A DNA stretch of 64,000 bases, from positions 3,537 through 67,536 of the forward strand of contig JBBSHH010000001.1 of the NCBI GenBank assembly GCA_038253225.1. The letters are read 5' to 3'. The notes under the pieces were generated by a model, which saw nothing but the letters and a program-made list of their open reading frames with translations, was not told where the DNA came from and did not search any database. Source of the DNA: Mycobacteriales bacterium (lineage in GTDB: Bacteria > Actinomycetota > Actinomycetes > JALYNC01). Position 1 is the stretch's first letter; each line of letters begins with the position of its first letter. The position numbers and the translations under genes were made by a program. This document shows positions 26,010 to 34,792 of this stretch, piece after piece.

Positions 26010-26959
26010 GGACCGGGGAGTCGCGGCGGGTCGCGGCGATCGACTGCGGGACGAACTCCATCCGGCTGCTCATCGCCGACACCGGAGCAGGTGGGCTGCG
26101 CGACGTCGTACGCCGGATGGAGATCGTCCGGCTCGGTCAGGGCGTCGACCGCACCGGCCGACTCGCCCCGGATGCCCTGCAACGCACGTTCACGGCGCTG
26201 CGCGGCTACGCCGCAGACATCGAGCGGTACGGCGCAGAGACGGTCAGGATGTGCGCCACCAGCGCCACCCGGGACGCCGCCAACCGGGACCGCTTCGTCC
26301 GCGGGGTCGTCGAGATCCTCGGTGTCGAGCCCGAGGTGGTCAGCGGCGAGGAGGAGGCCGCGCTGTCCTTCGCCGGCGCCACCGCCGACCTCGGCGACTC
26401 CCTGATCCGGCCCTACCTGGTCGTGGACATCGGCGGCGGCTCCACCGAGTTCGTGCTGGGTGACACCGAGGTGCGGGCGGCTCGCTCGGTCGACATCGGC
26501 TGCGTGCGGCTCACCGAGCGGCACCTGCACACCGACCCGCCGACCGTCGCCGAGGTCGCCGCCGCCACCGCGGACGTCGACGCGGCGCTGGTGACGGTCG
26601 GTCGCAGCGTGCCGGGCGCGCGCGCCCGGACGTTGATCGGGCTGGCCGGGACCGTCACGACCGTCGCCGGCCTGGCCCTGGACCTGCCGGCGTACGACCC
26701 GGAGCGGATCCACCACGCCCGGATCCCGGCCGCCGCGGTCGCCGCGGTCGCCGACCGGTTGCTCACCACGACCGCGGCCGAGCGGGCCGCGCTGCCGGTC
26801 ATGCACCCGGGTCGGGTGGACATCATCGGCGCCGGTGCGCTGATCCTGCGGCGGGTCGTCGAACGGTTCGGCTTCGCCGATGTCGTCGCCAGCGAGCACG
26901 ACATCCTGGACGGCATCGCCTGGAGTCTCGGCGCCGCCGCGGACCCTCCGGCGAGCTAG
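26006..26959 (+). CDS. ppx: Exopolyphosphatase / guanosine pentaphosphate phosphohydrolase (Ppx/GppA family)
   Basis: VAAIDCGTNSIRLLIAD ... DIGGGSTEF are Ppx/GppA actin-like ATPase motifs. Its GTG start overlaps the DUF501 stop. Confidence 0.85.
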   Translation: MRTGESRRVAAIDCGTNSIRLLIADTGAGGLRDVVRRMEIVRLGQGVDRTGRLAPDALQRTFTALRGYAADIERYGAETVRMCATSATRDAANRDRFVRGVVEILGVEPEVVSGEEEAALSFAGATADLGDSLIRPYLVVDIGGGSTEFVLGDTEVRAARSVDIGCVRLTERHLHTDPPTVAEVAAATADVDAALVTVGRSVPGARARTLIGLAGTVTTVAGLALDLPAYDPERIHHARIPAAAVAAVADRLLTTTAAERAALPVMHPGRVDIIGAGALILRRVVERFGFADVVASEHDILDGIAWSLGAAADPPAS

Positions 26960-27846
26960 CGCGCCGCAGGGTCGGCCGTGGCCGCGACGATGGCGGCCGC
27001 GAACCGCTGCGCCGCACCCGCGCTCGTGGTGAGGAACATCGACGGCTCGGTCACCTCGAGCTCGAGCAGCAGCGGCCGCCCGTCCCGGCCGGGGACCAGG
27101 TCGACCCGGGCGTAGAGCAGCGGGCGGTCGCCGGCTGGCGTCGCCGCCAGCGCGGCGGCGGCCACCTCGCGCTGCGCGGCGGAGGGCGTCCGCGGCTGGA
27201 TGGACTCGGCGGTGAACAGTACCGCCGGGACCGGGCGGCCACGGGCGAGCAGCGCCCCCTTGCGGACCGCGTGGCTGAGCTGCCCGTCGAGGAAGAGCAG
27301 CGCGGTCTCCCCGGCGTCGTCCACGCCGGTCAGGTAGGGCTGCACCATCACGGTCCGCCCGGCGTCGAGCAGGCCGGCGGCGTGCGCGTGCGCCTGCTTC
27401 CGGTCGGCGGTGGTGTAGCGGGCGGTGTCCCTGGCTCCGGCCGAGACCGCCGGCTTGACGACGTACTCGCCGGTCGACGGCAGCTCGACGCGCTCACCGG
27501 GCTCCAGCCAGTCGGTGGGGACCACCGGGACCCCCGCCGCGGCCAGCTCGCGCAGGTAGCGCTTGTCGGTGTTCCAGCGCAGCACCGGCAACGGGTTGTG
27601 CAGCCGGGTCCGCTCCGACGTCGCCGCCGCCCAGGCCAGGAACTCCGCGTGCCGTCGGGCGTAGTCCCAGGTGGAGCGGATGACCGCGATGTCGTAGGCC
27701 GACCAGTCCGTCGTCGGGTCGTCCCAGGCCACCATGGTGGGCGCCGCCCCGGCGCGGCGCAGCGCCGCGAGCAGCAGCGGCTCGTCCTCGTCCAGCCCGA
27801 CGGCGCCGTACGCCGTGACCAGCGCGACCGATCTCACGGTCCCCAC
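26956..27846 (-). CDS. ATP-grasp domain protein (RimK/glutathione-synthetase-like ligase, substrate unknown)
   Basis: Pre-ATP-grasp N-terminus and an ATP-grasp core (YVVKPAVSAGARDT...DLVPGRDGRPLLLELEVTEP). Confidence 0.65.
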   Translation of the reverse strand: MGTVRSVALVTAYGAVGLDEDEPLLLAALRRAGAAPTMVAWDDPTTDWSAYDIAVIRSTWDYARRHAEFLAWAAATSERTRLHNPLPVLRWNTDKRYLRELAAAGVPVVPTDWLEPGERVELPSTGEYVVKPAVSAGARDTARYTTADRKQAHAHAAGLLDAGRTVMVQPYLTGVDDAGETALLFLDGQLSHAVRKGALLARGRPVPAVLFTAESIQPRTPSAAQREVAAAALAATPAGDRPLLYARVDLVPGRDGRPLLLELEVTEPSMFLTTSAGAAQRFAAAIVAATADPAAR

Positions 27847-27896
27847 CCTGCCAGCCGGCGGTACCGGGCCGGGCCGCGGTAGGTCATCATGCCCGG

Positions 27897-28841
27897 GTGC
27901 CTGTCGTGGAAGTGCACCAGCTGCGCAAGGCCTACCGGCGGCGCGGCCGGCGCGGGCTGCCCAGCCGGGAGCGCCGGTCGGCGCTGGACGGCCTCGACCT
28001 GGTCGTCGCCGACGGCGGCGTGCACGGCTTCCTCGGGCCGAACGGGTCCGGCAAGACCACCACGCTGCGGATCCTGCTGGGGCTGGTGCGCGCCGACGCC
28101 GGCGAGGTCCGGCTGCTCGACAACGCGGTGCCAGCCGGACTCGACCGGGTCGTCGGCGGGGTCGGCGCGCTGATCGAGGCCCCGCAGTTCTTCCCGGTCT
28201 TCACCGGCCGCCGCAACCTGGAGCTGCTGGCCGGTGTCGCCGGGCTCCCCAGGCAGCGGGTCGCGGAGGTGCTCAGCCAGGTCGGGCTGGCCGGTCGGGC
28301 CGACGACCGGGTGAAGGCCTACTCGCTCGGCATGCGGCAGCGGCTCGGCATCGCCGCCGCGCTGCTCAAGCGGCCGCGGCTGCTCGTGCTCGACGAGCCG
28401 ACGAACGGGCTGGACCCGGCCGGTATGCGGGAGGTCCGCGAGCTGCTGCGCTCGCTCGGCCGCCGCGGGGTCACGGTCCTGCTCTCCTCGCATCTGCTCG
28501 CCGAGGTCGAGCAGGTCTGCGACGCGGTCACGATCGTCGCGAACGGCCGGACGGTGGTCTCCGGCTCGGTCCGCGAGGTGCTCGCCAGCGCGTCCGGCGG
28601 CGGCCGGCTGCGCGTCGTCGTCGAGCACGCCGCCCAGGCGGCGGCCGTGCTGCGCGCCGGTGGCCTTGCGGTGACCGAGGACGCCGGTGCGCTGCTGGTC
28701 ACCGGCGCGGAGGACCCGGCCACGGTCAGCCGGCTGCTCGGCGAGCAGGGGCTGTGGCTGCGGGAGCTCCAGCCCGAGCACGTCGACCTCGAGGACGCGT
28801 TCCTGGCCCTGACCGGGGCGGCGACCGAGGGGGTGCGGTGA
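27897..28841 (+). CDS. ABC transporter ATP-binding protein (ABC-2 type exporter subunit)
   Basis: Walker A GPNGSGKTT, signature YSLGMRQRL, Walker B LLVLDEPTNGLD and H-loop. The start is a GTG. Confidence 0.85.
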   Translation: MPVVEVHQLRKAYRRRGRRGLPSRERRSALDGLDLVVADGGVHGFLGPNGSGKTTTLRILLGLVRADAGEVRLLDNAVPAGLDRVVGGVGALIEAPQFFPVFTGRRNLELLAGVAGLPRQRVAEVLSQVGLAGRADDRVKAYSLGMRQRLGIAAALLKRPRLLVLDEPTNGLDPAGMREVRELLRSLGRRGVTVLLSSHLLAEVEQVCDAVTIVANGRTVVSGSVREVLASASGGGRLRVVVEHAAQAAAVLRAGGLAVTEDAGALLVTGAEDPATVSRLLGEQGLWLRELQPEHVDLEDAFLALTGAATEGVR

Positions 28842-29797
28842 GCCGGCTGCTCGGTGTCGAGATCCGCCGGCTCACCTCCCGACGGCTGCTCCGGCTGCTC
28901 GTGCTGCTGCTGCTCGCCACGATCGTCGTGGTGGCGGTGGTCGACGGGGTGCGCTCCCACCGGGACGTCGCGGCAGCCCGGGCCGCCGCCGCGGCGCAGG
29001 CGGCGCAGTACGCCCGGCAGGCGCCGCCGCCGGCGGAGCAGCAGCAGCTCTGCGAGGACGCCAAGGCCCGCGGGGAGGCCCCGCCGGACGCGAACTGCGA
29101 GGTCAAGGCACCCACCGCGGCGGACTTCTTCGCCGACCCCCGGTACCGACTGGCCACCCAGCTCCCGAACGCGGTCGGTGGGGTGCTGGTGGGCGTCGGG
29201 CTGCTCGGTGTCGTGGTCGGCGCGAGCGCGATCGGCGCCGAATGGTCGGCCGGCACCTACGCCGGACTCCTCGCCTGGGAGCCGCGCCGGGTCCGCGTGC
29301 TCACGGCCAAGCTGCTGGCGATCCTGGCCGTGCTCGGCGTCGTCGGCGTCGTGGCGCTCGGCCTCGAGACACTGCTCGGCTGGGTGGTGGCTGCGACCCG
29401 CGGTACGACGGCGGGCACCACCGGCGCGGTGGTCAGCGAGGTCCTGCTGCGCTGCGGGCGCGGGCTCGGGCTGGTCGCGCTGCTCTCGGTCGCGGCCGCC
29501 TCGGTCGCCGGGCTGCTGCGCTCGACCGCGGGCGCGCTCGGGGTGGCCGCGGCCTACCTCGTCGGCGGCGAGCTGGTGCTGCGCGGGCTGCGGCCGGGCT
29601 GGGAGCGCTGGCTGCTGACCAGCAACGCCGGTGCGATCGTCACCGGCCGGGTCCAGGTCGTCGGCAGGCGTTTCCGCACCGGGATGACGACCCTCTACAC
29701 CCTGCACGCGGGTCGCGCCGCGGTCTATCTCGGCCTCGGCGTGGTGGTGCTGGTCGCCGTCTCGGCGGTGGTGCTGCGCCGCCGCGACGTCACGTGA
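28838..29797 (+). CDS. ABC-2 family transporter permease
   Basis: GTGA overlap with the ATPase gene and ~6 predicted TM helices. The track ORF is over-extended upstream in the same frame. Confidence 0.75.
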   Translation: MSRLLGVEIRRLTSRRLLRLLVLLLLATIVVVAVVDGVRSHRDVAAARAAAAAQAAQYARQAPPPAEQQQLCEDAKARGEAPPDANCEVKAPTAADFFADPRYRLATQLPNAVGGVLVGVGLLGVVVGASAIGAEWSAGTYAGLLAWEPRRVRVLTAKLLAILAVLGVVGVVALGLETLLGWVVAATRGTTAGTTGAVVSEVLLRCGRGLGLVALLSVAAASVAGLLRSTAGALGVAAAYLVGGELVLRGLRPGWERWLLTSNAGAIVTGRVQVVGRRFRTGMTTLYTLHAGRAAVYLGLGVVVLVAVSAVVLRRRDVT

Positions 29798-29810
29798 GCC
29801 CGGTCGGCCG

Positions 29811-30599
29811 GTGAGCGGTGTGCCGCCCGGCTCGGGGTGGCCGGGGGATCCGGCGACGCCGCGCACCCCGGTGGCCGGCGGCTCGGCCGAGGTGGTCGAG
29901 CTCGCCGCCACGGCCGGGAGCCTCGCCGACGTCCGGGCCCGCAGCTCGGTCTGCCGGGCCTGCCCCCGCCTGCTGCGATGGCGGGAGCAGGTGGCGGTCG
30001 AGCGCCGCGCGGCGTACGCCGACCAGGTCTACTGGGGCCGGCCGATCCCCGGCTGGGGCGACCCGGCGGCCACGATCGCGGTCGTCGGGCTCGCCCCGGC
30101 GGCCCACGGCGGCAACCGGACCGGGCGCATCTTCACCGGGGACCGCAGCGGGGACTGGCTGTTCGCGGCCCTGCACCGCGCCGGGCTGGCGGCGAGCCCG
30201 GCTAGCACCGCCGCCGACGACGGGCAGCGACTGATCTCCACCTGGCTGGCGGCGGCGGTTCGTTGCGCCCCGCCAGCGAACCGGCCGACGCCGGCGGAGC
30301 GGGACACCTGCCGACCGTGGCTGGAGCGGGAGCTGGCGCTGCTGACGCCGTCGCTGCGGGTCGTCGTCGCTCTCGGCGGCTTCGCCTGGACGGCGCTGTG
30401 GCCGGTGCTGCGGCGGCTCGGGCACCGGCTGCCCGTGCCGCGGCCGGCCTTCGGGCACCGCGCGGAGGTCGATCTGGGCCACGTGTCGTTGCTCGGTTGT
30501 TACCACCCCAGCCAGCAGAACACCTTCACGGGCCGGCTGACGGCAGCCATGCTCGACGACGTGTTCGCCCGTGCCATCGCCATCGCCGGCCCGGGCTGA
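29811..30599 (+). CDS. Uracil-DNA glycosylase superfamily protein, family-5 (UdgB-like)
   Basis: Motif [26 protein letters not shown] (the GLAPA form without a catalytic Glu is typical of UdgB). An upstream Cys cluster CRACPRLL suggests an Fe-S site, and motif B is GCYHPSQQN. Confidence 0.7.
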   Translation: MSGVPPGSGWPGDPATPRTPVAGGSAEVVELAATAGSLADVRARSSVCRACPRLLRWREQVAVERRAAYADQVYWGRPIPGWGDPAATIAVVGLAPAAHGGNRTGRIFTGDRSGDWLFAALHRAGLAASPASTAADDGQRLISTWLAAAVRCAPPANRPTPAERDTCRPWLERELALLTPSLRVVVALGGFAWTALWPVLRRLGHRLPVPRPAFGHRAEVDLGHVSLLGCYHPSQQNTFTGRLTAAMLDDVFARAIAIAGPG

Positions 30600-31360
30600 T
30601 GGCTGAGGCGTCCGGGCCGCCCACGCCCGCGCGGCCGCCACGACCGCGGGCCCGGCCGGCAGCGCGCTCGGCGGTCTCGGCGATGGCGCTCGCCGGGCTG
30701 GTGCCGCTGCTGCTGCTGATCGCCTGGGCGGCGCGCAGCGGCTCCCCGGTGACGGGACGGCCACTGCCGCTGGGCCGGCGACCGGCGGCCGGGGCCGGGT
30801 CCGACCCGCCCGCCAGCTTCGGCCCGATCATCCCGGTCCGAGAGCAGAACACCCACTTCAGCCTGCTGTTCTACGTCGCGATGGCCCTGGTGCTGGTCGG
30901 CATCGTGCTGCTCGTCGTGCTGGTCGGCTGGCTGCTGCGGATGATCGCCGTCCCGGCCGGTCTGCGCCGGGGTCCGCGGGACGCCGACGACGCACCACCG
31001 ACGGGGGACGCCGCGGTGGCGCCCGTGGTCGACCGCGGGCGGCTGCACGGTGAGGTCGTCGCCGGGCTGGAGGAGCTCGAGAACACCGCCGACCCGAGGC
31101 GGGCGGTCATCGGCTGCTGGCTGCGGCTGGAGGCGGCCGCAGCGGCGGCGGGCACGGCCCGCCTCGCCGCCGAGGCACCGGGTGAGCTCGTCCGCCGGGT
31201 GCTCCGGGCGCACGACGTCCGGCCGCCGCCGCTGGAGCAGCTCGGCGCGCTCTACCGGGAGGCCCGCTACTCCGGCCACCCGATCGGCGAGGACCGGCGC
31301 CGGGCCGCCCGGGCGGCCCTCGACGAAGTCCGCCGGGACCTGATCGGGACGCCACGGTGA
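30599..31360 (+). CDS. DUF4129-domain membrane protein
   Basis: Two N-terminal TM helices followed by the DUF4129 region (GCWLRLEAAAA...YREARYSGHP). Its ATG overlaps the UDG stop. It is the first gene of the MoxR/DUF58 cluster. Confidence 0.6.
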   Translation: MAEASGPPTPARPPRPRARPAARSAVSAMALAGLVPLLLLIAWAARSGSPVTGRPLPLGRRPAAGAGSDPPASFGPIIPVREQNTHFSLLFYVAMALVLVGIVLLVVLVGWLLRMIAVPAGLRRGPRDADDAPPTGDAAVAPVVDRGRLHGEVVAGLEELENTADPRRAVIGCWLRLEAAAAAAGTARLAAEAPGELVRRVLRAHDVRPPPLEQLGALYREARYSGHPIGEDRRRAARAALDEVRRDLIGTPR

Positions 31361-31857
31361 CCGGGTTCGTCCGCGGCGTGGTCCGCAGCCTGGTGTGGGG
31401 CGGTGCCACCGGTCTGGGTGCGGCCCTGGGCGCGCTGCGGCTCGGCCTCGCCGTCGACGGCCGCGGCCTGGTCGCGCTGGGCATCCTCGTCGCCGCCCTC
31501 TACCGGCTGATCGCGCTGACCCGGGAGGGTGCCGGCCCGCTGCCCCTGCCGCGCACCGTCGGCGGCCCGCCGCCGGACCGACCGTTCGAACGGCTGGACC
31601 GGCTCGAGGACCGGCTGTCCTGGGGGATTCGGACGGCGCACCACTTCGACAGCGGCGTCCGACCGGTGCTGACCGGCATCGCCGCCGACCGGCTCCGCCG
31701 CCGGCACGGCATCGACCTCGCCCGTGAACCCGAGCGGGCCCGACACCTCCTCGGAGACGACCTGTGGCGACTGGTGACGCCGGCGCAGCCTGGACCCGTC
31801 CGCCCGCCGGCACCGCAGGAGCTGGCGGGCTGGGTGAGTCGGCTCGAGTCGCTGTAG
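31357..31857 (+). CDS. Small membrane protein of the MoxR/DUF58 cluster
   Basis: GTG start overlapping the upstream stop and two predicted TM helices. Confidence 0.5.
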   Translation: MTGFVRGVVRSLVWGGATGLGAALGALRLGLAVDGRGLVALGILVAALYRLIALTREGAGPLPLPRTVGGPPPDRPFERLDRLEDRLSWGIRTAHHFDSGVRPVLTGIAADRLRRRHGIDLAREPERARHLLGDDLWRLVTPAQPGPVRPPAPQELAGWVSRLESL

Positions 31858-31910
31858 CGACGCCGGTCCCCCCGCGCGACGCCGCCGCCGCCGGGCGGAG
31901 CTGCGACCGG

Positions 31911-32858
31911 GTGTTCGAGATGGTGGCGCGCGCGGTGGTCGGGAAGCGGCCGGCGCTCGAGCTGGTCCTGGCCGGGATCCTCGCCGGCGGCCATGTGCTG
32001 CTCGAGGACTACCCCGGTCTGGGCAAGACGCTGATCGCCCGATCGTTCGCGCAGGCGCTCGGGATCCGGTTCCGGCGGATCCAGTTCACCCCCGACCTGC
32101 TGCCCGCCGACATCACCGGCTCGTTCATCTACGACCAGCGGACGTCGGAGTTCGACTTCCGGCCCGGGCCGATCTTCACCTCGCTGCTGCTCGCCGACGA
32201 GGTCAACCGCACGCCGCCGAAGACGCAGGCCGCGCTGCTGGAGGCGATGCAGGAGGCGCAGGTCAGTGTCGAGGGCACCACCTACCCGCTCGAGCCCCCG
32301 TTCCACGTGCTGGCTACCGCGAACCCGATCGAGTACGAGGGCACCTACCCGTTGCCCGAGGCGCAACTCGACCGCTTCCTGCTGCGGGTGTCCCTGGGCT
32401 ACCCGTCTGCGGACGAGGAGTGGCAGGTGCTCGAACGCCGGGTCGCCCGGCGCCGGGAGGACCAGACGGTGCCGGCGGCCGTCGACGCCGCCGGCCTGCT
32501 CGACCTGCAGCGGACCGTCGAGTCGGTGCCGGTGGAGGAGAGCGTCGGTCGCTACATCGTCGAGCTGACCGCGGCGACCCGATCGCACCCGCAGATCCTC
32601 GTCGGGGCCTCCCCGCGCGGTGCGCTCGCGATGCTGCTGTGCGCCCGCGCGCTGGCCGTGCTGCGGGGCCGCGACTTCGTCACCCCCGACGACGTCAAGG
32701 AGGTGGCCGTACCCGCGCTGTCCCACCGGGTGACGCTGCGGCCGGAGCTGTGGCTGCGCCGGGTCACCGCCGAGGACGTCATCGGCGGCCTGCTGGCCGA
32801 CGTGCCGGTGCCGGTCAGCGGCGCGCTGCCGTCGTACGGCGCCGGCGGGTCACGCTGA
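31911..32858 (+). CDS. MoxR-family AAA+ ATPase
   Basis: VVGKRPALELVLAGILAGGHVLLEDYPGLGKT (Walker A), LADEVNRTPPKTQAALLEAMQE (Walker B / sensor) and the C-terminal MoxR lid. An in-frame GTG at 31911 (or ATG 31920) is a likelier start than the track's 31764. Confidence 0.9.
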   Translation: MFEMVARAVVGKRPALELVLAGILAGGHVLLEDYPGLGKTLIARSFAQALGIRFRRIQFTPDLLPADITGSFIYDQRTSEFDFRPGPIFTSLLLADEVNRTPPKTQAALLEAMQEAQVSVEGTTYPLEPPFHVLATANPIEYEGTYPLPEAQLDRFLLRVSLGYPSADEEWQVLERRVARRREDQTVPAAVDAAGLLDLQRTVESVPVEESVGRYIVELTAATRSHPQILVGASPRGALAMLLCARALAVLRGRDFVTPDDVKEVAVPALSHRVTLRPELWLRRVTAEDVIGGLLADVPVPVSGALPSYGAGGSR

Positions 32859-34195
32859 GCATCCTCGCCACCACCGGCCGGGACCGCGGTTGGCCGCGGC
32901 GGTCCTTTGCCGGTTGGTACGCCACCCGGGCGCTGGGTCGGGCCGCCGCCACCGCGGCCACCCTGCTGGTCGGCGGGCTGGTCCTGGGCCGGGTGGACCT
33001 GGTGGTGATCGCGGTGCCGTTCCTGGTCGGCACCACGCTGGCTGTCGGGCGCCGCGGGCCGGCCGGGGTGCAGGCCCGGCTCGAGCTGCCGGTCACCACG
33101 CTGCCGGAGGGGTTGGCGGTGGAGGCGGTGGTGCGGGTGGCCGCCGACACCGCGCTCGACGCCGTGCTGGTCAGCGTCACCACCGCGCCGGGCGTCGCGG
33201 TGGTCGACGGTCCCCGGCAGCGGGTCGTCGCGCTGCGGGCCGGCGAGGAGGTCAGCCTGTCGGTCCGGGTGCGGGTGCTGCGCTGGGGCCGGCGGGCGGT
33301 CGGTCCGGTCACGGTGCGCGCCGTCGGCACCGGGCTGCTGCTCGGGCCGGAGCCGGTGACGGTCGCCGCGGTCGGTGTCCGGGCCGTCCCGGTCGGGGAG
33401 CGCTTCGCCGCCGAGAGCCCGATGCCGCAGGCGCTGGCGCACGCCGGCTCGCACCTGTCCCCTCGCCCCGGGGAGGGCGCCGAGTTCGCCGGTATCCGGC
33501 CCTTCGACCGCGGTGACCGGCCACGCCGGGTGAACTGGCGGGTGAGCCTGCGGGCCCGCGAGCTGCACGTGACCAGCACCCGAACCGAGCGCAGCACCGA
33601 TGTGCTGGTGCTGCTCGACTCCCTGCACGACGCCGGTCGGTCCGGCGGTGTCGACGGGGTGGCGAGCAGCCTCGACGTCACGGTCCGGGCCGCGGCCGGC
33701 ATCGCGGAGCACTACCTCGCCCGCGGCGACCGGGTCGGGCTGGTCGACTACGGCGGCCGGTTCCGGGTGCTGCCACCCGCCGCCGGCCGAGCGCACCGCA
33801 CCCGGATCCTGGACTGGCTGCTCGACACGGCGGTGGACACCCGCGGCGCCGAGACACCGACCCGGCTGCTCGGCCCGCGGGTCATCCCCCCGCGCGCCCT
33901 GGTGCTCGCGTTGACGCCGCTGCTGGACCCGCGGGCGGCGAACCTGCTCGCCGAGCTGCGGCGCCGCGGTCAGGCGGTGCTGGTCGTCGACACGCTGCCC
34001 GCCGCCGCGGTGGAACCGTCCCGGCGGCCGTTGCGCGGGCTCGCCGAGCGGCTGTGGCGGCTGGAGCGGGAGGAGCTACTGGCCCGGCTGGCGGAGATCG
34101 GCGTGCCGGTGGCCGGCTGGTCGGGCGCCGGCAGCCTCGACGCCGTACTCGCCGACGTGGCCCGGATGTCCGCCGCCCCGAGGGCGCTGCGGTGA
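32849..34195 (+). CDS. DUF58-domain protein (VWA-like, MoxR partner)
   Basis: DUF58 core ...FAGIRPFDRGDRPRRVNWRVSLRARELHV...DVLVLLD... The 5' end is uncertain: no canonical start codon sits near the MoxR stop, and the first in-frame GTG is at ~32993. Confidence 0.7.
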   Translation, partial: VTLSILATTGRDRGWPRRSFAGWYATRALGRAAATAATLLVGGLVLGRVDLVVIAVPFLVGTTLAVGRRGPAGVQARLELPVTTLPEGLAVEAVVRVAADTALDAVLVSVTTAPGVAVVDGPRQRVVALRAGEEVSLSVRVRVLRWGRRAVGPVTVRAVGTGLLLGPEPVTVAAVGVRAVPVGERFAAESPMPQALAHAGSHLSPRPGEGAEFAGIRPFDRGDRPRRVNWRVSLRARELHVTSTRTERSTDVLVLLDSLHDAGRSGGVDGVASSLDVTVRAAAGIAEHYLARGDRVGLVDYGGRFRVLPPAAGRAHRTRILDWLLDTAVDTRGAETPTRLLGPRVIPPRALVLALTPLLDPRAANLLAELRRRGQAVLVVDTLPAAAVEPSRRPLRGLAERLWRLEREELLARLAEIGVPVAGWSGAGSLDAVLADVARMSAAPRALR

Positions 34196-34746
34196 CCGCC
34201 GAGCGACCCGGCCGACCCCGGCGGTGGGGCGTGCCGGTGCGGACTCCGGCGCTGCTCGCCGCCGCCGTCCTCGGCGTCGGGCTCGACATCGCCACGGTGC
34301 TCGTCGCCGGGGGCGCCAACCCGGTGCGCGGCCTGGCCGGGTTGGTGGCGCTGCTGCTGCTCGGCGCCCTGGTCCGCCCGGGCGGCGGCTTCCCGACCGC
34401 CGCCGTGCTGGGGCTGGTCGCCAGCTACACGCTGGCGGTGCTGCTGGCCGGTGGTGCGCGCCCAGCGGTCCCCGCCGTCCTCGCGTTCGGCGCCGGGCTC
34501 TACCTGCTGCACGCCGTGCTGTCGCTGGTCGCGGTGGTCCCGACCGGCGCGGGAGTGGAGCCGGCGGTGCTGGTCCGGTGGGCGACCGGCACCGGCTCGA
34601 CCCTGGCGCTGTCGGCCCCGCTGGCCACGGTCATGCTGGTGCTCGGCTCGCCCGGGCCGGCGGCTCCCGCGGTCCGGGCCGCCGGCATGGCGGCCACCCT
34701 GCTGGCGCTCGCCGTACCGATCGGCCTGCTGGCCCGACGCCGCTGA
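34192..34746 (+). CDS. Integral membrane protein (4-5 TM) ending the MoxR cluster
   Basis: GTGA overlap with the DUF58 stop and strongly hydrophobic. Confidence 0.5.
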   Translation: MTAERPGRPRRWGVPVRTPALLAAAVLGVGLDIATVLVAGGANPVRGLAGLVALLLLGALVRPGGGFPTAAVLGLVASYTLAVLLAGGARPAVPAVLAFGAGLYLLHAVLSLVAVVPTGAGVEPAVLVRWATGTGSTLALSAPLATVMLVLGSPGPAAPAVRAAGMAATLLALAVPIGLLARRR

Positions 34747-34792
34747 CCAACCGTCGCGGAGCCCGGGAAGGGCCTGGTGGGAGCATCACGGC

